A stretch of DNA of 64,000 bases. It comes from Bispira polyomma. Lineage: Eukaryota. The DNA lies in the NCBI GenBank assembly GCA_965649765.1, contig OZ287756.1, positions 35,712,001 through 35,776,000 on the forward strand, written 5' to 3'. The notes below the pieces were generated by a model, which had not been told where the DNA came from, made no database searches, and saw nothing but the letters and a program-made list of their open reading frames with translations. Each line of letters opens with the position of its first letter. Position 1 is the stretch's first letter. Below are positions 37,608 to 48,594 of the stretch, piece by piece. Made by a program: the position numbers and the translations under genes.

Positions 37608-40589
37608 AGTGGGGCCATAGACCAGCACGCTTTTACCCCAACCCCTATTTCTTTGTGTGTACATTTAATTACCACTAACAATCAAAGATTGAAAACTGAT
37701 TCAGTTTGATTATTTTTTCACAGCTTTTCTGTTTCAGTGTAAAAAGTCACTATACATTCCAAAAGTTGGTCTTCTCCACAAAGCGATGACTAAACTGATG
37801 GCAAGATTGTGTGGAAGTGTGTTTTTATATATGAAAACAACTAAATATACTTGTGGCCATTTATTTTAATAGGCCTTTCAGCACTGACTTCAAATATGCT
37901 GTCAGAGTTCATGTATTTTTCCTTTTGCCAGAGATATGGGGACCTTAAGAGTTGAGTTTAAGTGGAGATTTTTTGAGGGAAAATACACTACGGATATCAT
38001 TGAAATATACAAGCTAACTTTAAAGTAGATATGTCTGATGAAGTCACTTGTAGGTTTCAATGTTCTGTAATTAGATCTAAACACCAGTGTACAAATGTAC
38101 ACCTCCATTACTTAGTCACTTGAAGTAGCCATTTACCACACAGAAGTCCATTTTTAAACTTCACCAAATACATTTAATTGTCAACACTGTCCCTGGGTAG
38201 TTGGTTTGTCACCAGAATCAAACCACACTACAACAAATCTATTCCACCGATTTATAGGGCAACATTTGATGGTGGACGGGGGAATGGACCAAGAAAAAGT
38301 GGACCATCCAACCTTAGATCGTATCCAATTAAAACGGTTGATCTAGGATTTTGGTACTGTGGTGATCCAGCAGAGGTATGTTCTCAACTAAGTCCCCTTC
38401 TAGTGTTTTCAACCGACAGATTTTTGCATAAACTTGATACGAATTTTGTACATTAAAGTTTGTGTTTCCACCTTTTTGATATCTAACATATGTATTTATC
38501 AGGTATATTAAAAACGTCCAAATGTCACATGAGTGATGAAGTCCCAAATGACAGTGTGCTTACTTGGTATTACAACTCTGAAGTAGATGTGCCTTGCCAA
38601 AAAAACAACACCAGATCACATTCGTCAACCTGTACATGTTAAAGTGGAATTTATGATTACAGTCCCAATTTACTGTTATTACATTTTAAAAATTGTTACA
38701 TGCATGTTCGATTTTCAAATGTACTTATCTGTACTCTTATGAAAAATGCTGTATTGTTTTAATGTTTTACACACATTTGATCTGTATATATCACCTTAAA
38801 GAAAGAATTTATCAACATAAACCAATTACAAATTAGAAGTCAATGGTGCAACACTGCGCTCTTAAAGGTTTTGTTCAAAGTACTTGTGTAAACTGTACTG
38901 AGCAGGAAAAATTGAACCTCAAGGTTTTGAATATTTCCCCCAATTGTTTCAACAGTCAAATAGAAGTTACAAACTAGACTAATAGAACCAACAATGTGAT
39001 GCCTATTTCTTGACTTAAAAACTCCACAATTAGAAAATAAGTGATTGTGGTTATACATTTGTACCAAAGGTGAAATTGACAAAATTTAGAAGTAGGCTAA
39101 AATCAAGAAATGTAATTAAAATGTAATACTTTAAAACAGTGATATCAGCAAAATCATTTAGTAGTTAAGTTTTCTCTTAAACATAGATATCCCACAGTAA
39201 AAATGACCTAGCATACTCTCCAGTCATATCATTGCTATAATAAGTAGCTCCAGACATAATTATTGCTCCAATGACTAGTGACGTCTTAAGTGGGAATCTC
39301 CTTCTTCATATCATTATCAAGGAATTGGCATAACTTACTACAGTGTTGAGTATTCCCTAAATGTATGTAAACATAGGTTCTGACCATAATATAGTTATGA
39401 AAAGACACTAATTATATGCTTCTTGCTCTTAATATTATGAACTGTTATATAAATTATCTCTTTTTCACATAATGTATACTTTTGGTCTTTCTGTATATAA
39501 TGTCTATCATGTATTGTATTTAACATAAGAAATGAAGTTTTGCTGTTAATGTTATGAACTAATCATATATTTAGAAAGTAGAGTATATAAGCACCAGATA
39601 TTCTCTGACAAAGGAGGCAGAGGAAGGGAGAGTAGTTACCACCAGAGATAGTGATTAGAATGGGTCTAGCAACAGAGCATGTATAATAAAGAGATAAGTT
39701 CTTAGACAAAGAGGAAAACAGCTGTGGGACTGTGTAATTATGAAGCTCTGGAAAATAGCGCTGGTAGAGCTCACACATTTGTGCTTTGCACTGTTCTAGT
39801 TTTAATTTATTTGTGCGTATTTTATGTTCCAAAAAGCAATACAAAGTTTTATGTTGCCCTGTTATTCTTCTGGAAGGAAGCATTTCAATACTAATATTTC
39901 GTTGACATATAGCTACTACACCAAATAAATCTGTGGATTTGTGTGTTAAATATTAAATAGTTACACATTAGGAACTGAATTAGATTAATAACGGGAAACA
40001 CTAATAACTTGAAATTAAATTCTCAGTTACAACAAAATGTAGAACCTGGGGAAAGGCATGAAATCGAAACCCAAAGCAGGTAAAAAAAACTTGTTAAATT
40101 CTAAGATTGGAAATAATGGGATTGAGTTGAACAAACAATATGATCACAATGTACTAGTGTACTGGGCTACCATACTGTTCTCATATAGGAACAGATCTCT
40201 AAAACTCTATATGTTTACTATCTGCCACTGTGGTCCAGGTGTAAGGTGATACAGCATATAGCTGGCCTTTCACAATCCAGTAAACAATAATGTCCCCATC
40301 TAAGACATTTTCTTGAATTTCTTTAATACAAGGAAAGCTATATTTTGGCGCTAAAGACGTCTCAGCTGAGCTGGGCTTGTATTCATAAACAATATTATTC
40401 TTAATTTAATTTTTTTTTTGTCTCAACCAAATTGATTGGCTTAAAAGATTTTTTCCCGAAAAAACTTATTGATAGAGACTGTCAAATTCCAAGAATTTGT
40501 GTGAATACGAACCCTAGAGATGTCTGTGTCTGATAAAGGAGTAGCTAAATATATATGTGGACATTGTTGATAATTCTTAAGACATCTGA

Positions 40590-40845
40590 GGGGCAGCTGG
40601 GTTTGTCGGGTCAGGAACACACTCGCTTAAGAACACAGAAGACCTGAGTTCCATCCAAACATAGGGTTTCAAGCTTTATTATAATTAGTCTATTTTAATT
40701 TTAATTTTTAGCTACTGACAGATGATACAAACATGACTCGGATGACCACTTAAAATGGCAATCCTCGGTCATTAGGTCCTATCGCAAGTGGCAGGCTTTG
40801 GAATGTTGATAAATGGTCATCCTCAAGCCTCTGTCCTTAGGTAGT
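40590..40845 (+). mobile_element. SINE family B (interrupted by an AT-rich insert)
   Basis: Head with AAGACCTGAGTTCCATCC and core GACTCGGATGACCACTTAAAATGGCAATCCTCGGTCATTAGGTCCTATC. Confidence 0.65.
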
Positions 40846-42684
40846 ACGTTTTCATTTTTATAACCTGGGAAATATTGACCAAGTAATGGATTATTTTCTT
40901 ATATTGTGAAAATACATTGTTTGCACAGATATAGTTGTTTGTTGAATATTTTACCAAGGCACTTCTTAGATCAACTTTACATTTACTGGTGTTCAACAAA
41001 TAAGTTCTTCAAATTCTTCTGGTATAGGTTTACTATATTTTGTGTTCTAATGGATTACAAAGAAATTAAATTATGGAAGTCCTTTTAATTACCATTGGAA
41101 AGTTTTATATTTTTTTTTTATTTTTTTTTTTTTTTTTTTTGTTGTTGTTGTAATTGAGCTATGTTTATGTTTTTTGATAAAATCAGTGTAAAAATCTAAC
41201 CGTAATATTTTTGCGAGGTGGCGTTATGACGGTTCCCCAAAACTTATGTTCACTTATAGTTGACTAACCTCATTAATTGTAACAGTGGTTTTTTTAATCA
41301 TATGAATATTATGTTATATGATAAGCCTAAGTGGCTGCTTCTCATTGATTTTCTAGAAGACCTGGATTTATATTTCAATTAGTTGTTCGTGATTGACAAA
41401 CTTAAACCTTGAGGTTTTATCTCTGCTGCTACTCAGGAGCTTAAGGATATAGTGAAAACATCATCTAACTTTTACAGATCCGGTTGACTTCTTATTGCCC
41501 AAAGAGGGAATGCAGAAGCAATATCTACAACTTATAACATGGTATATGAACCATACATGGTGCTGATCTGCAAGTCATAGTATCACCAAGTAGTATCATA
41601 TGGTCGTGGTAGACACATATACATACAACAGGGTCTACCTCGTTGGATCTGGATGTCAGTCCTCAAACAAACAAATATGTGATAGCAAAGAAAAGACCCA
41701 TTGTGATAACCTAGATGTGAATACTTTATAAAGTTATTATACAATTGAAATGTGTGATATTTGAACGACATTTGTGTATCAGTTAATCTTCTCAAATATA
41801 TTGTTACACATCCATTTGATACTTTTCATTTGATTTGATATTACAATGAAATTTTATTTTTGGCAGTTAAACACAAACCCCACATTGCAGTAGATGAAAG
41901 CTCCATTCAAATATCATGAAATGTTTGTATAATGTGGAACCATACAAAAAAAATCGGTTATAACATGGGTGACACTTTTAATATCACAAATATCACAAGA
42001 GTATGAAATCATTATTTTATTGTCAAAAGCAGTAGCAATTTATTAACATGGACATATAACAGCACATTGACAACAAAACCATATTTACTCTAGCTTTGAA
42101 GCACTGACTAGCTGTAAAACAACACTGGTCTGGGATATAAAGAGATGTAAAGAAAGCAACTAAAACTTGTAAAACGAGTCAATAAAAGATTCAAGCAGAG
42201 CTATGGTACATGCAGAAAAATATAGTGCATTTTGTAGACAGTCTTAATATAGGGATAAAAATTGTGAAATATATTTAATTAATACCATATATTTTATCAA
42301 ATTTGTAGTAAAACACAATATCCTTATTAATAGCTTGTATACATTCCAATATTCATATATTTATTTCTTACATTTTCTTCAGATTATGCAGCACATGTAT
42401 TTGTTGTGCCCTGTAATATCAACTGTTTCAAGGTTAACATGTAATTTTAAATATTTGGCACTAAAAATCTTCAGCAACGTAGTTGAGACACAGACATTTT
42501 GTGTTTTAAGATTCCTCTGAAACAAGAAATGTTCATGACTCATCATAAGCTATGTATAAAGGTAAAAGTTCAACCGTGTGAATGATTGATTCAACATAAA
42601 ATTGGTTACTCCCAATGTCATAACTAATACAACCCAAGGTACCCAATGTGTCGCGCATCATGACTCGTGTTATAATGGTGCTTT

Positions 42685-45393
42685 CTAGTCACTTGCTTGA
42701 CCAGAGTATAGTAACATACATTCTGACAGTGATGACAAAAGGTTGTACATTGCTGTGTCTTTACTTCTGGCCAGACTCTGGTAGTTATCTACTTCCTGGG
42801 ACGTATCCATCATGGCATCTGCTACGTGATCTTGTTTCGCTTTTCTCAGAGCGTTGATAAAAGCCTCAAAAGCTTTGGGACCACATCTTGGAAGAATCAG
42901 CAGCAAAGCTTGTATTCTGAATTTACGTGTCCGCAGAGTTCCAATTTCTTCAACTTGGTCCACTGTTAACACAGATTCCTGTATTAAGTAATCCGTTAAG
43001 TCTCTTGCTTCAACCTCTTCTACCAGAAGTTGTCTGTGTTGGATGAGTTTTTTCTTGTGTTCGTCTGTCATCCCAGCTCGGTGGGCATGTCGCCTTTTAG
43101 AGATCGCCTCACACCGATCTGTAAAGTAATCCAAGTTAAACTGAAGCTCTTCCTGGTCTGCTTCTGTAAATGTTGCCTTGTGCTGTACAACTTGTCTCAA
43201 CCTAAAAATAGCTTCATATAGTTCTGTATCAGATGACGAAAGCCGATTACAACGACCTTTGTCTTTCATTGAATTACATATAAGCGTCTTTATTCTTGGG
43301 TCTTTTGCATCTGGTTGCATATTGTCAAAGATGTCTTTCACAGTTTGTTTGAAGGTATTTTGCAAGTGGACATATTTCTTAGATTTTTCAAACAGATGTC
43401 GAAAATCCTCTGCTTTTAAGGTAGTCACACCATACATTAATGGAGTATAACCTTGACAGTCTTGCAGGGATAAATCAATGTTGCTGTGGTCAAGAAGAGC
43501 AAGCATCATTTCTTTGTGATCGTGATTCTTTGATGCATAATGCATGACACTTCTACCGTCCACATCCTGATAGTTAACATTGCAGTCTGGATGTGCAAGG
43601 ATGAGCTTGACAACCTCCAATGATCCACTTTCAGAGGCAGCAATAAAGGCCTCACCTAATGTCTCTGGTGTGAACTTTTGTCTTAATATTACTTCCAAAA
43701 AAGGTATCTGCTTTGCCTCTAAAGCAATGCGAAGGGCAGTTTTACCATCTCTATCTTTAACGTTGATGTTCAATTGTGTCGGATAACGAAGCAGACTGCG
43801 TAAGAATTTTATATTGTTAGTATATGCAGCTATAATAACACAAGTCTGACCGGCTTCGTTACATCTGTTTATTTCAAGGTTTCTGGCCCTTAGCAAACAC
43901 TCAAGACCATCATCAGAAAACTCAGTTTCTTGAGCCAGCAAATGTAAACTGGTATTTCCTCCTGAATCACACACATTTGGATCTATGCTTGGTAACTTTA
44001 ACAGTAGTTCAGTTATATTAACACACCGCCGCTGGATTGCATAGAACAGCAGTGACTTGCCCGCGGAATCTAGTTCGTTAATATGATTTGAAACATCTGG
44101 GTGTTGAAGTAAAGACTCAAAGTCTTCAAACTCACCTTCCATAGCCACCTGATGCATTAGAGGTAAACCCTTTGGTGCGGTTGTTGCAATCAAACTAATT
44201 TCGTGAAAATTATTGGCTTTGGCTAATATTGGAAATACACAAAAAAGTTTTCTCTGCAGAAGAATATCTAGAAGTGTTCTTTCAGGGTCTCCTTCAGTGG
44301 ACAATGAAAAATCTTTTCTTTCCACAATGACTTCTAAAACTTGACAAATATTCTGTTTATGTTCTGTATGTATGTAGCCAGCAGTCATAAGCCGTAGAAA
44401 TACACATTGTCCTTCTGTATCCAAGGTAATGGCATTGACCTCTGGATTGCGGAGCAACTCACTCAGTACCTCCAGAAATTCTGTTTTTCTTTCATTCTGA
44501 AATTGCGATACCAAGAAATGTGTCACTGTTTGGCCAGACTTGTCCTGCAGGTTAAGTTCTAGGTGTGTGAACTTGAGCAAGATTTGAACAACATCACGAC
44601 TCATGCAGTAAAACAATGGACTTCTTCCACAAGTATCTGTTTGTCTTAAAGCTTCCTGTGCAATACTAAGCGAACATATGTAAGCACAGAGTGAGGCGGA
44701 ATCCATGATAACAGCCATATGTAGGACATTGCGGTTATGTGAGTCTCTTGCATCACTCAGTTGCAAATTGTGGCCCTGATGCACACTTTCCAGTAGTGTC
44801 CTTATTGATTCTCTGCACCCAGTAAGAGCTCCTTGAAATGTACCAAACAACTTTACCATACACATAGTATCCACATTGTAGCCTCGTTTTAAACCCTTTG
44901 ATGATTCCATGAAGATAGAGACTATTTGCTGGATGAGAGACAGGTGCCCCTTAAGAATATCCACCGGAAGTCCTAGTAGTACCTGTTCTATGATGTCCCA
45001 CCAGCTGTTGTATGTCCCATCCCCAGATTGTTTGTTTTTAATGGCCCTGGTGAGAAAGGTTTCAGTGACTGTCTTGTTATCCATTTGACCAAGAACCATT
45101 TTGCGCAGAACGGTTTCAAAACAGGCCAATGACAAAATGGCCTCCTTCTCTAAGAGCACGTTCATTTTACGAACCATGTTTTCAACTGCGTTGGCCTTGG
45201 TTTGTTCCACGTGGTGTATCAGCAAATGTTCCACCAAGCTCTTCTGTTTAATCTTACTGTTGATACTGCCAAACATGGGGAGAAATGTAGAATGCAACTC
45301 GTTCTCAAACTGATCGGCATGTGCAGCAGGGTGGAAGATTGCCATTCTGTCATTCTGAACCATGCTGTGAAAATCAGAATCCCGTAAAGCCAT
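42685..45393 (-). CDS. intronless ankyrin-repeat protein with C-terminal CARD (~902 aa)
   Basis: Single open frame. The first in-frame ATG (AAAATGG context) is at 45393; the track's 45486 start is a GTG preceded by an in-frame TGA. About 12-14 ankyrin units (e.g. DSGGNTSLHLLA, DRDGKTALRIAL, DVDGRSVMHYAS) and a CARD MTDEHKKKLIQHRQLLVEEV...LLLILPRCGPKAFEAFINALR at ~42811-43071. Confidence 0.9.
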   Translation of the reverse strand: MALRDSDFHSMVQNDRMAIFHPAAHADQFENELHSTFLPMFGSINSKIKQKSLVEHLLIHHVEQTKANAVENMVRKMNVLLEKEAILSLACFETVLRKMVLGQMDNKTVTETFLTRAIKNKQSGDGTYNSWWDIIEQVLLGLPVDILKGHLSLIQQIVSIFMESSKGLKRGYNVDTMCMVKLFGTFQGALTGCRESIRTLLESVHQGHNLQLSDARDSHNRNVLHMAVIMDSASLCAYICSLSIAQEALRQTDTCGRSPLFYCMSRDVVQILLKFTHLELNLQDKSGQTVTHFLVSQFQNERKTEFLEVLSELLRNPEVNAITLDTEGQCVFLRLMTAGYIHTEHKQNICQVLEVIVERKDFSLSTEGDPERTLLDILLQRKLFCVFPILAKANNFHEISLIATTAPKGLPLMHQVAMEGEFEDFESLLQHPDVSNHINELDSAGKSLLFYAIQRRCVNITELLLKLPSIDPNVCDSGGNTSLHLLAQETEFSDDGLECLLRARNLEINRCNEAGQTCVIIAAYTNNIKFLRSLLRYPTQLNINVKDRDGKTALRIALEAKQIPFLEVILRQKFTPETLGEAFIAASESGSLEVVKLILAHPDCNVNYQDVDGRSVMHYASKNHDHKEMMLALLDHSNIDLSLQDCQGYTPLMYGVTTLKAEDFRHLFEKSKKYVHLQNTFKQTVKDIFDNMQPDAKDPRIKTLICNSMKDKGRCNRLSSSDTELYEAIFRLRQVVQHKATFTEADQEELQFNLDYFTDRCEAISKRRHAHRAGMTDEHKKKLIQHRQLLVEEVEARDLTDYLIQESVLTVDQVEEIGTLRTRKFRIQALLLILPRCGPKAFEAFINALRKAKQDHVADAMMDTSQEVDNYQSLARSKDTAMYNLLSSLSECMLLYSGQASD

Positions 45394-45864
45394 TTTTATC
45401 ACAATAGGAATACTATATTCATCTGCAGTGGTACTAGCGTGGACTGCTACAGCTCCTGTCGGAATCCAAATGGTTTCTGTGGGCACAAACGATTTTTCAG
45501 AGCATTTTCAACCTGTGTATGTCAAATAACTACAAATTCCTCAACAGGTTGATGGTATAACTGTTTACACATATATGAATCAGCGATACATTTGTTGGGG
45601 GAAATCCCACAGACCCAGAAAAAGCATTTCCCAGTATATTAATAAATTTTTAACCATGACTTACATGATATGTAGTGGACCCATTAACATTGTGTTGGCT
45701 TTTTCATTGTATTTGAACAAGTTCCTACATAAGACGGCTTTGGATGTACACATGTTATCATTATGTCATTTTGTTACCAGATAGAAACCACTCAGACATT
45801 TGTGTCCGCGGTGAGAAATCACTCGATACTTGAGCTGACGTGTGATTTGCAGTATATTTTTTAG

Positions 45865-46095
45865 AGCTAGCCTTGACTAGACTTTGGCTTGTAACTATTC
45901 AAATCACTGATCTCTCGCCTCTGCAGATCAAATGGTCGCGAGTTTGCCTCCAGTGATATCTATGGGGGAAAGGTGGTAGTTCCTTACTGTAGGTCGCTGG
46001 TTTCAGTACAGAACCTTGACCAACTGTATGCAGTGTTTCCTCTAGCGTTCCAACTATCCGTCACAATATAACCGAATTAAAAGTACTGAATTGGA
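45865..46095 (+). mobile_element. family A SINE (older copy of the same subfamily as 46557-46808)
   Basis: GAAAGGTGGTAGTTCCTTACTGT...AGAACCTTGACCAACTGTATGCAGTGTTTCCTC...GGACGTTAAATAT. Confidence 0.8.
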
Positions 46096-46556
46096 CGTTA
46101 AATATTCGAATTAATTTGAGTGAAATTCGTATCACAGTTGAGTCAGTCAACCTTGCTCAACTTTAAGCTCGAGTTAATCAAAAATCTTAAAATATTGAAG
46201 AATACAAATGTGAGTGTGTCACCATGGCAACTGAGCAAAAACTCGGAGTTGAGTCTGATTTAAATCTTTTTTTTTTCGAAAATACAGCCACAGGTTTATT
46301 TATGTTTGTATAACTACATACATAACTGGAGAGAGTCAACTATGTGAACTCCAAATCCAGGGGAATCAAAGCGGTCTTTATTGATTGGTGGTATTTTTAA
46401 AAAATGAAATTGTGGTCTTTATTCAGAGGTGGTCTGATTGTAGAGGTGGTCTCTTGAGCAGGTTTCACTTTAGAACTATATTCTTGTTAGACTGAAATCA
46501 CACGACAAAACAATATACAGGTAGGCTTATTTTTAGGGGAATCAACAATATAGGAT

Positions 46557-46808
46557 TTGAATTTGGATATTTAACGTCCACTCTAGTACCTTTTTAGTAG
46601 GTTATATTGGGACGGGTAGTTGGAAACGCTGGAGGAAACACTGCGTACAGTTGATCAAGGTTCTGCGCTGAAACCAGCGGCCCACAGTAAGGAACTACCA
46701 CCTTTCCCACATAGGCATTGGCAGGATTCGAACTCACGCCGCCCAGAGGTGAGAGACCAGTGATTGTGAAGCGCAATGCTTGCTAACCACAAGGCCACCG
46801 CGGCCCCC
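46557..46808 (-). mobile_element. young full-length tRNA-derived SINE (family A) with a perfect 16-bp TSD
   Basis: A box TGGCCTTGTGG and B box GAGTTCGAATCC on the minus strand; TSD ATCAACAATATAGGAT at 46541-46556 and 46809-46824. Confidence 0.92.
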
Positions 46809-48112
46809 ATCAACAATATAGGATAATCATTTGAATGTTTAGGTGAACATACCTCGCCATTAAGAAAATGGAGATATAAGGTTTCCCTTGACCACTGAAG
46901 GAAAAGTAGAAGTACCATATAATTACAGAACCATCTCACAGCCTATCATCTAATCTATAGGTCATCTACCAAATCTGACCTCTAAACCGTCTATGTGATT
47001 TAATGGGCTAATTCATGTCATATGTACCATCCGGTATGCAGTTTATGAATGTTCCTAAAAAAATATTAGAATTTATTTTCTCCTTCACGGCAAAAATTTT
47101 AAATTGTTTTCAATTTGACCTAAGAAAATATCCATTCAAATACATGTACTTCAAAAGTACCTAACTTGTGGGCTGGATTTTTGACAATTAAGCAAGTATT
47201 TATACAAATAATAAGTCTCATATACACTAAATTACCTATTAAAAATTCAATTTTCCCATATGCAGTAGTGTTACTGTAAAGCACATGTTTTTGATGTGGA
47301 GTAACATAACATCTTTTATAATTTTTTTTTACTCATTTGAGTCCTACAATTGATTGATTTCATGACATTTTCTGTGAGGCATACTTAGTTAATCAACCAT
47401 CATAATAATCTTACAAAGCGAACAAGCATAATGCGTTTTTTTAATTCATTGAGTAAAGGAGAAATTCAGCATTTTCCTATTTTGTCTTGTCAGAAATCCT
47501 GACACATATCATTAAGATACAACAGGGAAAACAACATGGGGAACAGGAGAAATTTAATCTAATTGTTTTACTAACTTTGCTAGCCATCCTCAAATTAAAA
47601 GGTACTTTGCTCAGTCTAGAACTTTTTCTTCTCTAAAAAATTCAAACTTCTAGGCTAATTTCCTTCTTTTTTGTTGCCATGGTGTCATAGTGTTTTTTTT
47701 AATAACACAGATTCTAAAGTTTGTTTTACTTTGATTAATTGATTAAAGCAAAAGCAATATATTTGGTAGCTTTATAAATTAACAATTTCCACAGTGGAAA
47801 TCTCATTAGTTGTAATAACCCCCCTGAGTACCTAATAACCTCCACGACAAAGCACAAATTTGGCGCAAGTGTGGCATGAATGGAAATCATTATAGTGTTT
47901 ACGCTGCAGCTCATGTAAACAGTCAATACGTAGCATTCTCAAGAACTAAGCCCATGTAGATACTTAATACTGTATTGATCAGGTACCATATATATATATA
48001 TACTGATTTATAAGATTACTTTTGTATTCTGCAAACAGACGGCATATATTCTACCGTATAAGGTACACATGTTCTCAGAACGTTGCTGTACATATACAAC
48101 AAAATAATAATA

Positions 48113-48175
48113 ATGGCTGAAGGTAGTAAAACTTGTGAAGATCAAGATGAAGTGATGTACCCAAAGGTTGTCATG
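48113..48175 (+). CDS. CISD3: CDGSH iron-sulfur domain protein (CISD3/MiNT-like), coding exon 1
   Basis: MAEGSKTCEDQDEVMYPKVVM, then consensus donor GTGAGT (phase 0). Joins exon 2 to give PKVVMYGPMNV, matching the strand that precedes the first CDGSH motif; in-frame TAA upstream at 48059. Confidence 0.75.
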
Positions 48176-48594
48176 GTGAGTGGTACTAAATTATGGGATG
48201 GGTTGTTTGTACAGCGGTTCTTGTTTTGGCAGAGCATGCAGGTTCAGTTGATTTAGTGGCCGTTTCCATTTGAGACCACTATTAATTTTGTTATACGGTA
48301 TTCGATATAATTAGCGCACAGTACCCTGAGAAAAACAAATTACCCCTATAAATGATGTTTTATGTTATCTTGTAGCCTTTTGCGCTATACTGAAGTCCGG
48401 CGAAGTGCTGACCCTATAAATCATATATTAAATTAAACATCGATCATAGCCTGACATTTCAGTATAAATGAAAACAGTTCTGAACTGGTTTGGTTTTTTT
48501 TAGATATCTTAAAAAATATAGAACTAGGTGATTTCCTGTTTAATCCAAGATGGCTGAATATTACAGATAGGCCCTCAAACAAATAGCTTCTGAT

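Noticed and set aside
38200-38400. Possible RTE-LINE or coding remnant (DGEWTKK-like)
   Set aside because: Too short and disrupted to support without a search.
43030-45387. Plus-strand ORFs inside the ankyrin-CARD gene
   Set aside because: Antisense shadows of a long CDS with no independent signal.
45394-45486. N-terminal 31 aa of the 933-aa ORF
   Set aside because: Starts at GTG with an in-frame TGA just upstream; the first ATG in good context is 45393.
46700-46808. Possible tRNA gene (A and B boxes)
   Set aside because: It continues into a multicopy SINE body and is bounded by a TSD; no complete cloverleaf.
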